From positions 1-39,060 of the IMG/VR virus record IMGVR_UViG_3300024283_000098: a stretch of 39,060 nucleotides of DNA; one strand, 5' to 3'. Below, piece by piece: positions 9,442-17,825 of this stretch. The position numbers and the translations under genes are program-made. The first letter of the stretch is position 1; every line of letters begins with the position of its first letter. The notes beneath the pieces were generated by a model. It did not search any database. It had not been told where the DNA came from and saw nothing but the letters and a program-made list of their open reading frames with translations. This DNA comes from a virus (taxonomy: Duplodnaviria; Caudoviricetes).

Positions 9442-11534
9442 TGGCAGACGACGCCTGGACACCGCCGGTCAGCTTCCTTGACAGCAATGGCGCGGTGATC
9501 CCGCCGGGTGAGGGCGGCGCGGGCCATGTCGGCGATGCGCAATGGTCACCGCCGGTGACCTTCCTTGACGAAAATGGCCAACCAACGCAGCCGGTCGGGG
9601 CGCCCGCCGCCGCGCCGCCATCGATCCTCAACAGCGGCTGGCGGGTGGCCGGGCAGCAGCTCTGGGACGCCGGCGCGCGCGGCGTCGGGCTCGGCGTGCG
9701 GGATGTGCTGGCGGGCGCCAGCGCGCCGCTGACCGGGCTGGCTGACCTGGTGACGTGGCCGACGCGCGTCGCGCAACGGGCCGCCGGTATTCCGACCACA
9801 GCGCCGTCCGACCTCGCCGCCAAGGTGATCGATGCCACCAATCTGCCGACACCGCAGACACCGACCGAAAAGAACATCTCGACGTTCAACCAGGGCGCCG
9901 CCGCCACGCTGCCGAGCCTGGTCGTGGGCGGCGTGCCGGCGCTGGCGGCGCGGGTGCCAACGGTTGCGGCGCCGTTGGTGGCCTCCCCGACAGCGAGCGC
10001 GCCGCAGGCGGTCCGGGCGCTGGCGACGGGCGGGGGTGGGGCGGTGGCCGGCGAGAAAGCCGCAGAGTCGCCGTACGTTCCGACCTATCTCAAGCCGTAC
10101 GCCAACCTGGCGGCCGGCATCGCCGCTGCCAGGTTCGCCGACGTGGGTCTGAACCTCGGCGGTAAAACCGTGAACGCCATCGCCGGCAACATGAGCCCGA
10201 CCTATGAGGCGTTCCGGCGGCAAGGCGTCGATACCAGCTTGCCGGGCACCGTGGCGGGCGGCGAAGCCGCGCAGTCCGTCGAAGGGTCAGCCACGCGGAT
10301 ACCGTTCGTGGCGTCGGCGCTACGGCCGGTGCAGCAACGCGTCATCGGGCAATTCGGCAATGCGGTGGAGCGCACCGCTGCTCAGTTGGACCCGGCCGGG
10401 ATTGGCGTCACGGCGCAGACGACCGGCGAGCATGTGCAGAACACCTATCGCAACTGGGTGGACAACATCTTCAACGGGCCGCAAGGCCGGCAAGCGGCGG
10501 CCTGGACCCCGCTCAATCAACGCATGGCCGGGGCCTCGGTCGATACGGCGCCATTCCGCACCGCGCTGACGGAGGCTGCGGCGCCGCCCGCCCTCAACAG
10601 CCTACCGGCAACCCAACAGGCGTGGGCCTCCGGGCAAGCACAACGGTGGCTCGCTGCACTGGACGCCGACATCGGCAGGAGCAACCTGAGCTGGGAACAG
10701 GCGCAGGCGATCCGCACCCGCATCGGCGACGCGATGGGCACGCCTGGTATCGTTGACGCGATCGGCATGCAGCAGTTGCGACGGATGTACGCCGGCCTCG
10801 CCGATGGCATGCAGCGAAGCGCGGTCGCGCACGGCCAGGGCGCGCTATTCGATAACGCCAATGCCGTCACCACGGCCGGCCACAATTTCATCGAGACTGT
10901 GGGGAGCAAGATCGCTAAGGCGAACAACCCGTTGCAGGAGACGGTGGCGCCCGAGCAGGCGACCAACAACATCCTGAACAGCGGCGATACGACCATGCAG
11001 GCGATCCGGCGGGAGCTGCCGGACGCCGCCGATGTGCTGGGAGCCTATAAGCTACGGCAGGCGCGGGCCGCCAAGCCATCGGTGGCAACCGCCTATGACG
11101 ACACCTCGACCGGCAGCTTCCTGTCGAACCTCAATCGCATGCGGCAGACCACGCCGGGCGGCTATGACGCGCTCTACAACACCCGCGCGATCCAGCAGCA
11201 CGTCGACGATCTGGCGACGATCGCGGGCCGGCTACGGCAAACCGAGAGGCATGTGAACACGTCCGGCACCAGCGAGCAGCAGGCATGGCAGAGCTACCTG
11301 ATGGCGCTCGCGGCGGCGGCTGGCAGCGGCAGCGGTACGGCCTTGGCTGGCGTCGCCGCCGGGGTGCCGGCGGCTGGGTGGGGCGTCGGCCGCGCGTTGA
11401 CCAGCCCCACGCTGACCCGCTTCGCCGCCGCTCGCGGACTGCCGCCGCCGATCCTGGCAAGTCCGGTGACGGGCCTGCTGGGCAGCGCCGCGAACATGCC
11501 GACCATCACAGTGCGGCCAGAGCGGCGTCAGTGA
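9438..11534 (+). CDS. Large ejection / internal virion protein
   Basis: 698 aa, Ala-rich; C-terminal NTSGT and hydrophobic segment; last gene of the ejection block. Confidence 0.72.
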   Translation: MMADDAWTPPVSFLDSNGAVIPPGEGGAGHVGDAQWSPPVTFLDENGQPTQPVGAPAAAPPSILNSGWRVAGQQLWDAGARGVGLGVRDVLAGASAPLTGLADLVTWPTRVAQRAAGIPTTAPSDLAAKVIDATNLPTPQTPTEKNISTFNQGAAATLPSLVVGGVPALAARVPTVAAPLVASPTASAPQAVRALATGGGGAVAGEKAAESPYVPTYLKPYANLAAGIAAARFADVGLNLGGKTVNAIAGNMSPTYEAFRRQGVDTSLPGTVAGGEAAQSVEGSATRIPFVASALRPVQQRVIGQFGNAVERTAAQLDPAGIGVTAQTTGEHVQNTYRNWVDNIFNGPQGRQAAAWTPLNQRMAGASVDTAPFRTALTEAAAPPALNSLPATQQAWASGQAQRWLAALDADIGRSNLSWEQAQAIRTRIGDAMGTPGIVDAIGMQQLRRMYAGLADGMQRSAVAHGQGALFDNANAVTTAGHNFIETVGSKIAKANNPLQETVAPEQATNNILNSGDTTMQAIRRELPDAADVLGAYKLRQARAAKPSVATAYDDTSTGSFLSNLNRMRQTTPGGYDALYNTRAIQQHVDDLATIAGRLRQTERHVNTSGTSEQQAWQSYLMALAAAAGSGSGTALAGVAAGVPAAGWGVGRALTSPTLTRFAAARGLPPPILASPVTGLLGSAANMPTITVRPERRQ

Positions 11535-11701
11535 TGCAGTTGCCACTGATCCCAGATGATCCATGCGGCGACGAACGGCGTGGCGATGACCCAGGTCCAC
11601 GGGGACGCCACGCACATCAGCAGCAGGGCCAGCGGCAACGGGCTGATAAAGATGGTGATGAAGGCCAGCACGACCACCCACCACCAGAACCAGAATTTCA
11701 T
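11528..11701 (-). CDS. Trp-rich two-TM membrane peptide (possible superinfection exclusion)
   Basis: MKFWFWWWVVVLAFITIFISPLPLALLLMCVASPWTWVIATPFVAAWIIWDQW; fills the gap antisense to the ejection genes. Confidence 0.55.
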   Translation of the reverse strand: MKFWFWWWVVVLAFITIFISPLPLALLLMCVASPWTWVIATPFVAAWIIWDQWQLHH

Positions 11702-11736
11702 GCCGGCCGTGTACCTGAAACGACCGGCCGTGCGCA

Positions 11737-11946
11737 ATGACCGATCCAGGCGGCGGCCTCATCGCCAACGTCAGCGACAAGCTGATCAAGGCGCTGCCGC
11801 CGGCCTTCTTGCTTTTGGTGCTGCTGAATATCGGCTTCCTCGGCATGGCGTCCTGGGTGTTCTCCCACAATTCTGAGCAGCGGAATGCGCTGCTGACCAA
11901 GATCGTGGAAAGCTGCCTGTTGGATCGCCGCTCGGCGCCGCCGTAG
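11737..11946 (+). CDS. Small single-TM membrane protein (holin-like?)
   Basis: ALPPAFLLLVLLNIGFLGMASWVF hydrophobic helix. Confidence 0.6.
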   Translation: MTDPGGGLIANVSDKLIKALPPAFLLLVLLNIGFLGMASWVFSHNSEQRNALLTKIVESCLLDRRSAPP

Positions 11947-11973
11947 ACTCGGCCGGCAACCCGGTGCGCCGTC

Positions 11974-12375
11974 ATGCCCCGCCGCATCAACACCGAGAGC
12001 TTCACGCGCGCCGCCAGCGATGGCCGCGCCAGCCAGCACAGCGCAGCGCGGCGGGGCTATCTCGACGCCGCTGCTGGGGCCGGGTTTTCCGGCTGGTATG
12101 AGGCGGCCAGCAAGGATGAGCAGTTGGCGTACGAAATCGGCCGCCACTGGGTCACCAACCTGCGCGCCGCCGGCATCACGCCGCCTCCCTGGCACGGCGA
12201 GGGGCCGCCACCGGAGGCGGTGCAGCGGGCCAATGTGCTGGCCAGCGCGCGCGGCGAGGGCTACGCCACCCCCTGGGGGGTGCTGGCGAACACCGACGAT
12301 CCGGTGGCGCTGGAACCGCTCAGGGTGCGGATCAGGAACCAGAACAGCCGGCGGCGCGGCGGCGGGCGGGCCTGA
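11974..12375 (+). CDS. Hypothetical protein
   Basis: High-GC3 ORF following the previous gene. Confidence 0.55.
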   Translation: MPRRINTESFTRAASDGRASQHSAARRGYLDAAAGAGFSGWYEAASKDEQLAYEIGRHWVTNLRAAGITPPPWHGEGPPPEAVQRANVLASARGEGYATPWGVLANTDDPVALEPLRVRIRNQNSRRRGGGRA

Positions 12376-12491
12376 TCCGGCGGCCGCCGTCCGCAAACCG
12401 CGATTATCGGACGGAACGTTTGGCGTGCCGGTTTCCCGGATTGGACTCCAGCCAACGCCAAAACTCCAAAACCGACCCAGCGGTGAACTGA

Positions 12492-13019
12492 TCATGGGCT
12501 GATCGCTGCAAACCGGCCCTGTTGCTGGCGGGATTTCAGCACTCTATCAGCCATGCGCTGCTGCATGACCTCCCTGGCAAACGCTAACCCCCTTTGCGCC
12601 AGGGTCGGGTCGGCCGCCCCTTGTCCAAAAGCAGCCTCAAGAGACTTCCTTATTCTTTTCTTACTTACTTTTGGCGTTGGCGCCGGAAACTTGCTGTAAT
12701 TGTCAGGCAGAAATCGATACTCGTTTGCGAGCTGGACCCAGCGTTTACCCTGTCGCCATTCGACCATCTCGAAGCGGTGACGCCGTTCAAGCAGTCCCAG
12801 GTTAATCAGCAGCGTGAGGCAGCGGGAGACCGTCTTGCGGGCGATCCGCAGGGCGCCGGTCAGATCATCATAGGAGCAGATCAGCCTGTCGGCGTCCGTC
12901 TCGCGCCCCTGTCCGTGGGCCAGGCTATCGAAGATCAGGAAGGCTTCTTTGGGCAGCACACGCATAGCGACGAGCCGGCGGCATTGGTCGATGCGGCGTT
13001 GGAGAAAGTTTGGTGTCAT
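12492..13019 (-). CDS. Plasmid-type replication initiator with winged HTH
   Basis: GGAGAGG RBS; CSYDDLTGALRIARKTVSRCLTLLINLGLLER HTH followed by RWVQLANEYRF; AT-rich tract in the 3' half. Confidence 0.65.
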   Translation of the reverse strand: MTPNFLQRRIDQCRRLVAMRVLPKEAFLIFDSLAHGQGRETDADRLICSYDDLTGALRIARKTVSRCLTLLINLGLLERRHRFEMVEWRQGKRWVQLANEYRFLPDNYSKFPAPTPKVSKKRIRKSLEAAFGQGAADPTLAQRGLAFAREVMQQRMADRVLKSRQQQGRFAAISP

Positions 13020-13024
13020 CGGTT

Positions 13025-13043
13025 CCTCTCCGTGATGGAGAGG
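13025..13043 (-). promoter_or_regulatory. Hairpin sequestering the rep Shine-Dalgarno
   Basis: Perfect 7-bp inverted repeat cctctcc-gtgat-ggagagg; one arm is the SD 5 nt before the ATG at 13019. Confidence 0.7.
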
Positions 13044-13106
13044 CGGCCCAAGAAAAAGATTGCACGACCCCGCAGCCAAACCGGCTTGATTTTAGGCGCT
13101 GGTTGT

Positions 13107-13205
13107 CCGATGTTTGGGGCAGCGGTAGGTGCTGTTTCATCCTGTTTCCGCAGGATGCCGAACATCGGTTACGGGGCGGTCCATGTGGCCGCCTCAACTG
13201 TTTCT
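13107..13205 (+). ncRNA. Candidate antisense (counter-transcribed) RNA upstream of rep
   Basis: TTGATT at 13086 with GATGTT 17 nt later; hairpins catcctg/caggatg and ggggcgg..ccgcctc followed by a T-rich tail; stem imperfections are G-U only on the + strand. Confidence 0.5.
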
Positions 13206-13630
13206 AGCTCATTCCTTCACTCCCGAATCGCCACGACAAAAGCGCGGCTGATCCGCGCTGGTGTCGGCGAGATTGCTACGATTCGCAACGCTCTGTCCCA
13301 CGGTTACGTACCGCTTCGCGAGGCGCGTGTATTTGTGCAACCTATGCACAGCCATGGGGCAGTCCTCAGTCTCGCTTCATGGTTAGGATCGCAGCCGGGG
13401 CGGAATCCCGGCTGCGGTCCGCCCCCAGTCTGCAACTAGAGCGCTCGTAGCCGCAACCCTCAGACGCATGCCGGTAAGAATTATTCGTTATTCAGGTGCG
13501 AGTCGGCCTATCCGCACGGCGCGTTTGCCGGAAATGGATAAGGTCAATTTGGTATGCCAACCGGCTTCGACTTCCTGAAACGGGCGAATCGACGTATCTT
13601 CATCGGTAAGCCTTGGGTCGTGACTCGGTT

Positions 13631-14080
13631 CTAGGTGCCTATGGCTAGACCCTTGTCCCCTCTGGTCAGGACCGTAGTCTGGGATTCCGCCTCGCTACGG
13701 TCCGCCCCCTCGCTAAGCGACAGGCGTACGCCCCGCAGCACCATCAACGCCGTTGCATCGATCGCCTGGCGCGTCGCTTTTGGCACGCCCCGCGTGCCAG
13801 CCAAGGCGCCGATCGCCGTTGCCACCGTGGCTAGGGTATCTGCCGGCGTGGGGCCAGAACTCGGTGGTTTGCTCGGTATGCGCTGGTCAGACAGCACCAG
13901 GGGGAGTGGTTTGCTCGGCATGTGCTGGTCTAACCGTAACGCCAGCGCTTCGGCGACCACCTGGGCGACGGGTATCTGGTGCCGCCGGGCGTAGGCGACC
14001 GCCTTGGCGCTCATGTCGCGCGGCATATCCTTGATCGTCCACGGACTCAGGACCGCACCATTCGGTTCGTCATCAGCCAT
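13631..14080 (-). CDS. Plasmid-like ribbon-helix-helix DNA-binding protein
   Basis: PWTIKDMPRDMSAKAVAYARRHQIPVAQVVAEAL RHH-like pattern; GGAG RBS. Confidence 0.6.
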   Translation of the reverse strand: MADDEPNGAVLSPWTIKDMPRDMSAKAVAYARRHQIPVAQVVAEALALRLDQHMPSKPLPLVLSDQRIPSKPPSSGPTPADTLATVATAIGALAGTRGVPKATRQAIDATALMVLRGVRLSLSEGADRSEAESQTTVLTRGDKGLAIGT

Positions 14081-14092
14081 TGTTTTACTCTC

Positions 14093-14122
14093 CGGTTTGC
14101 TCAGTCGCGACTTAGCAAACCG
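14093..14122. promoter_or_regulatory. 30-bp palindrome (probable operator)
   Basis: CGGTTTGCTCAGTCGCGACTTAGCAAACCG, one mismatched pair, directly upstream of the RHH gene. Confidence 0.6.
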
Positions 14123-14207
14123 TTACGTTGCCGCGTCAAGCCTGCTATTCAAAAGGCTGATTCTGGAGAGTAGCGTCCAAGCCGCCGGGCGATGGAGCGC
14201 GTGAGAT

Positions 14208-14393
14208 ATGCGGAGAAAGCATCTGACGGACGCCGAGTATCAGCAACTCGTGGCGGACAACGGTCGCCGCCTCGTGGACTACGTTCGGCGGCTGGACGAG
14301 CGCATCCAGCAAGCGAAAGAGCGCGAGCGGCAGCAGCGGCAGGCCAGGCGTGCGGCGGCGCTGGTGGCCCAGGCAGCACCACCCAGTGGCTGA
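14208..14393 (+). CDS. Hypothetical coiled-coil protein
   Basis: GGAG RBS, ORF track. Confidence 0.5.
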   Translation: MRRKHLTDAEYQQLVADNGRRLVDYVRRLDERIQQAKERERQQRQARRAAALVAQAAPPSG

Positions 14394-14643
14394 TGAGCGA
14401 CCGTCCCGGCGCGAGATGGAGGCGGCGGTTGAGCACCGGATCGTGGTGCAGATCGAAAAGCATTTTGGCCCGCTGCTCGATCTGCTGGCCACGCTTGACC
14501 CGCTGGAGTCCTATGCGTTGCTCGGCAACCTGATGGTCGAGACGGTGGCGCGCTTCCCGCCCGACCAGCGTCTGCAACTGGCGACCGCCTGGACGCGCAC
14601 GTTCCGCGAGGCGGTGCGGGATGGCCTGAACGCCCCCCCCTAG
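14386..14643 (+). CDS. Hypothetical protein (start 14386 GTG or 14416 ATG)
   Basis: Overlaps the previous stop; high GC3. Confidence 0.5.
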   Translation: MADERPSRREMEAAVEHRIVVQIEKHFGPLLDLLATLDPLESYALLGNLMVETVARFPPDQRLQLATAWTRTFREAVRDGLNAPP

Positions 14644-14870
14644 CGGGGCCTCTTGCGTGGCTTATCGAGACCCCAACGCTGAGCAATAGGAACGAGGGAA
14701 GCCGGGCGCCGCCCGGCTTGGGGGCGGGCTGTTATCATCAAGCCTCGCTCGATCAGCAGGCGGGCCATGGATGTGATGTGGCGGCCGTCGTTTTTCGCCA
14801 GTTTGTCGATCGCGTCCCAGAGGTCTTTGGTAATCCTGAGTTCCAACCGTTCTGTCGGCTCGTCGGACAT
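14640..14870 (-). CDS. Arc/CopG-like ribbon-helix-helix regulator
   Basis: RLELRITKDLWDAIDKLAKNDGRHITSMARLLIERGL; GGAGG RBS. Confidence 0.8.
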   Translation of the reverse strand: MSDEPTERLELRITKDLWDAIDKLAKNDGRHITSMARLLIERGLMITARPQAGRRPASLVPIAQRWGLDKPRKRPR

Positions 14871-14914
14871 GCCTTCAACCTCCCCTCATTTCAGCTCGGA
14901 AAAACGGACACGCG

Positions 14915-14946
14915 AAAAATCCCCCGCCACTGTCCAACGGCGGGGG
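14915..14946 (-). terminator. Probable intrinsic terminator downstream of int
   Basis: cccccgcc/ggcggggg stem followed by ATTTTT on the minus strand. Confidence 0.55.
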
Positions 14947-15154
14947 TAAGGCTGACTCAGTTCTCGGTAACCCGGTCACTCTAGCCGGCTGCTGACGGGC
15001 TGTCTTCCGCCCTGGCCGCCCTTTTCTCCTGCCACTCGGCGCCGGCAACGAACGCAGCGCGCAGCGCCCAGCCGAACCACATGAGGTTAGCCTTGTCGTC
15101 GGCGCGTGGGATCATCGACTGGACGAAGGCATAACCCGCCTCCGTCTTGGCCCA

Positions 15155-16345
15155 TCAGCGTGTCCCGGTGGCGCCGGGTTGGCGTGCGAACAGCCGGTCG
15201 ATCGCCTCGGCCGCCGCCTTGTCGTCGGCCGGCACGGCATGCGCATAGAGCGACAGCGTGGTTGCCAGGCTGCTGTGGCCGAGCCGGCGCGACACCACAT
15301 GGGCGCTGACGCCGCCCTCGCCGCCGAGCAGCAGGGTAGCGTGGGCGTGGCGCAGCGTGTGCAGGCTGCCGGGCAGACCGAGCGCGCGTAACGCCCGCAG
15401 CGCCGCCTGTGACGCCGCCTCGGGCGCCCACCAGCTACCGTCGTCGTTGGCGAACACCGGCACCGCCTCGATGCGCCGGCCGGTCGCGGGCGCCGCCAGC
15501 CGCGCCAGGCGCAGCGCGGCCAGCGCGAGCGCCGGCAGCGCGATGGTGCGCCGGCCGCTCGCCGTCTTGGGCTCTTTCAGCGCCGGCAGTTGGCCGCGTT
15601 GCTGGTCCAGCGAGGCGCCGATGGTCAGCGTGCCGCCCTTGAGGTCGATATTCTCCCAGGTCAGCCCGAGCAGCTCGCTGCGCCGCGCCCCGGTATAGGC
15701 GGCGAGCACCAGCAGCAGCCGCACGCGGGGTTGCGGGCACTCGGCCAGGCGGGACAGATCGGCGCGGCCGGGGGTGGCCGGCGGCCGGCGGATGGCGCGC
15801 GGCAGCTTGACGTGTGCCCACGGGTTGCGGTCCAGCATGCCGAGGCTGACCGCCTGGTCCAGCCCGGCGCGGACGAACACCACCGCGTCGCGCACGGTGC
15901 GCATCTTGTGCGGCGGCCGGTAGCCGCCCTTGTGGCGGCAAGGACCATAGGGCGTGGCGCAGCCGCAGCCGTCGGCCAGCCAGGGGATGAAGGCGCCGCC
16001 GTCGGCGGCGGTCAGCTCGCGCAGCCGGATCGCGCCGAGCGAGAACTGGCCGGGGTTGGCGTGATCGATCCAGGCGTCCAGATGGGTGCGGTAGGTGGCG
16101 ATGCTGCGCGGCGCCAGGTCGTGTGCACTGCTGACCAGATGGCGCAGCCAATCGCCCAGCGTGCAGTTCGGATCGAGCGGGCGCAGGTCGCTTTGCCGCA
16201 GCCAGCGGCGGGCGGCGGTCTCGGCCTCGGCGCGGCTGGCCGGCTGCGCCTTGCTGCCGACGCTGAAATAGAACGGTTGCAGCTTGCCGCGCCGGATGCG
16301 TACGGCGAACTGGCCGGGGGATCGTTCAGTGATCGTGAAACTCAT
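15155..16345 (-). CDS. int: Tyrosine recombinase / integrase
   Basis: TGARRSELLGLTW, PKTASG, HTLRHAHAT, RLGHSS, YAH catalytic motifs. Confidence 0.93.
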   Translation of the reverse strand: MSFTITERSPGQFAVRIRRGKLQPFYFSVGSKAQPASRAEAETAARRWLRQSDLRPLDPNCTLGDWLRHLVSSAHDLAPRSIATYRTHLDAWIDHANPGQFSLGAIRLRELTAADGGAFIPWLADGCGCATPYGPCRHKGGYRPPHKMRTVRDAVVFVRAGLDQAVSLGMLDRNPWAHVKLPRAIRRPPATPGRADLSRLAECPQPRVRLLLVLAAYTGARRSELLGLTWENIDLKGGTLTIGASLDQQRGQLPALKEPKTASGRRTIALPALALAALRLARLAAPATGRRIEAVPVFANDDGSWWAPEAASQAALRALRALGLPGSLHTLRHAHATLLLGGEGGVSAHVVSRRLGHSSLATTLSLYAHAVPADDKAAAEAIDRLFARQPGATGTR

Positions 16346-16579
16346 GTGAATCGGCCTTCGGGCAGCGGGCGGTGTCACAGGTGGACAACCTAGGTGACTC
16401 ATACCGCTTGCGTATTCTGTGCGCAACACCGCACAGCCGCGCACACCCGCGCACAACTCCCGGCTTTAAATTGTTACCCAACGGTTGCACACATTTCCGC
16501 CCCCAGCCTACCGTGGCAGCTTCCGCCACGAGGGACACCCCAAACCACTCATCCGGAACGAACAGGGGGGCTGCTCGGG

Positions 16580-16801
16580 ATGCATGATCTGATCGAGTCG
16601 CGCCAAGCCGCGATTCGGATGGCCCAATCGCCACTGGTGACGCAAAACCACGCCGCCACCCTCGCCCACCTGACCCGCCGCCAGATCGCCGAACTGGTCC
16701 GCGACGGCCAACTCGCCTCAATGCAGGTCGGCCGGCTGCGCTACGTGCTGCGCTGGTCGCTCGATGATCTGCTGCGCGCGCTCGATGGCCGCCCGGCTTG
16801 A
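16580..16801 (+). CDS. Excisionase-like HTH protein
   Basis: AATLAHLTRRQIAELVRDGQLASMQVGRLRYV; divergent from int. Confidence 0.7.
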   Translation: MHDLIESRQAAIRMAQSPLVTQNHAATLAHLTRRQIAELVRDGQLASMQVGRLRYVLRWSLDDLLRALDGRPA

Positions 16802-17825
16802 TCCCGACCAGGTGAAGGCGCTGCTGGCGGCATCCGCCGATGACGTGCTGGCGCGCGTGCTGCCCGGCGGCAAAATCACCGGCAACGAATACCGCGCCAG
16901 CGGACCCGACGGTTCCACCTGGGCCGTGGTGGTGCGCGGCAGCAAAACCGGCGCCTGGCAGTGCTACGGCGCCGCCGGTGTCGCCGGGCGCTCGTTCCTC
17001 AGTCTGATCCGCGACGCCGCTTGCCAGGGCGATCATGTCGCGGCGTTCAAGTGGGCACTGTATTTCGTCGGCGGCGACGACAACCGGGCACGCCTGCCGC
17101 CGCCGCGCTCGGTGCCGATCGCCGCCGCGCCGACCACCGAAGCCGCGCCGGACAACGGCATGGGGATGTATTTGCACGCGAAAGAGTTCGACTGGGATAA
17201 CCCGGTCGGGCTCTATCTGCGCGGGCGCGGCATCGATCCGGCCGCGATCGAACCGCCGGCCGCGCTGCGCTTCCACCCGGAGCTCTGGTGCGCCGAGCGA
17301 CAAAAGCGACTGCCGGCGATGCTCGCGCCCATCATTCACTGCACAGCGGGACAACAGACCGCGATTCATCGCACCTGGCTGGAACCGTTTTCCCCGTTTG
17401 GCTGGCGCAAGGCGCAGTTGGAAACCCCGAAGAAAGTGCGGGGGCCGTACAAGGGAGGCATCATCCCGCTGCTGCGCGGACCCTCGCGCAAGCGCTGGCG
17501 CCAGGCGCCCGAGGGCGATCATCTGTTGCTCGCCGAGGGCATCGAGAACGCGCTCTCGGTGGCGCAACTCGAACCCGACTGGCGCGCCATCGCCTATGTC
17601 GCGGCGAACAATTTGTTGGAGCTCCGCTTGCCCGCCGTGTTCACCAGCGTCTGCCTGGTGGCCGATCGCGACGGCGAGAACTGGTCGGTCACCGAGGACC
17701 GCGATATCGCCCGCGAGCAATGGCGCGGCGAGGGCCGCGCGGTGTTCGACTGGACGCCGCCGGAAGGCGCGAAAGACGCCAACGATTTCATCAGGGAGAC
17801 GCGCCGTGAACAACTCGACGCTTGA
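16785..17825 (+). CDS. Toprim-domain primase
   Basis: YLRGRGI..LRFHP..AIHRTWL; LLLAEGIENALS; VADRD; KDAND. Confidence 0.85.
   Translation: MAARLDPDQVKALLAASADDVLARVLPGGKITGNEYRASGPDGSTWAVVVRGSKTGAWQCYGAAGVAGRSFLSLIRDAACQGDHVAAFKWALYFVGGDDNRARLPPPRSVPIAAAPTTEAAPDNGMGMYLHAKEFDWDNPVGLYLRGRGIDPAAIEPPAALRFHPELWCAERQKRLPAMLAPIIHCTAGQQTAIHRTWLEPFSPFGWRKAQLETPKKVRGPYKGGIIPLLRGPSRKRWRQAPEGDHLLLAEGIENALSVAQLEPDWRAIAYVAANNLLELRLPAVFTSVCLVADRDGENWSVTEDRDIAREQWRGEGRAVFDWTPPEGAKDANDFIRETRREQLDA

Noticed and set aside
12594-13439. 281-aa plus-strand ORF
   Set aside because: Antisense to rep, runs through hairpin-rich regulatory DNA, and has no motifs or RBS
13380-13600. tRNA gene or tRNA-derived attP
   Set aside because: No cloverleaf or convincing T-loop consensus; attP could not be located
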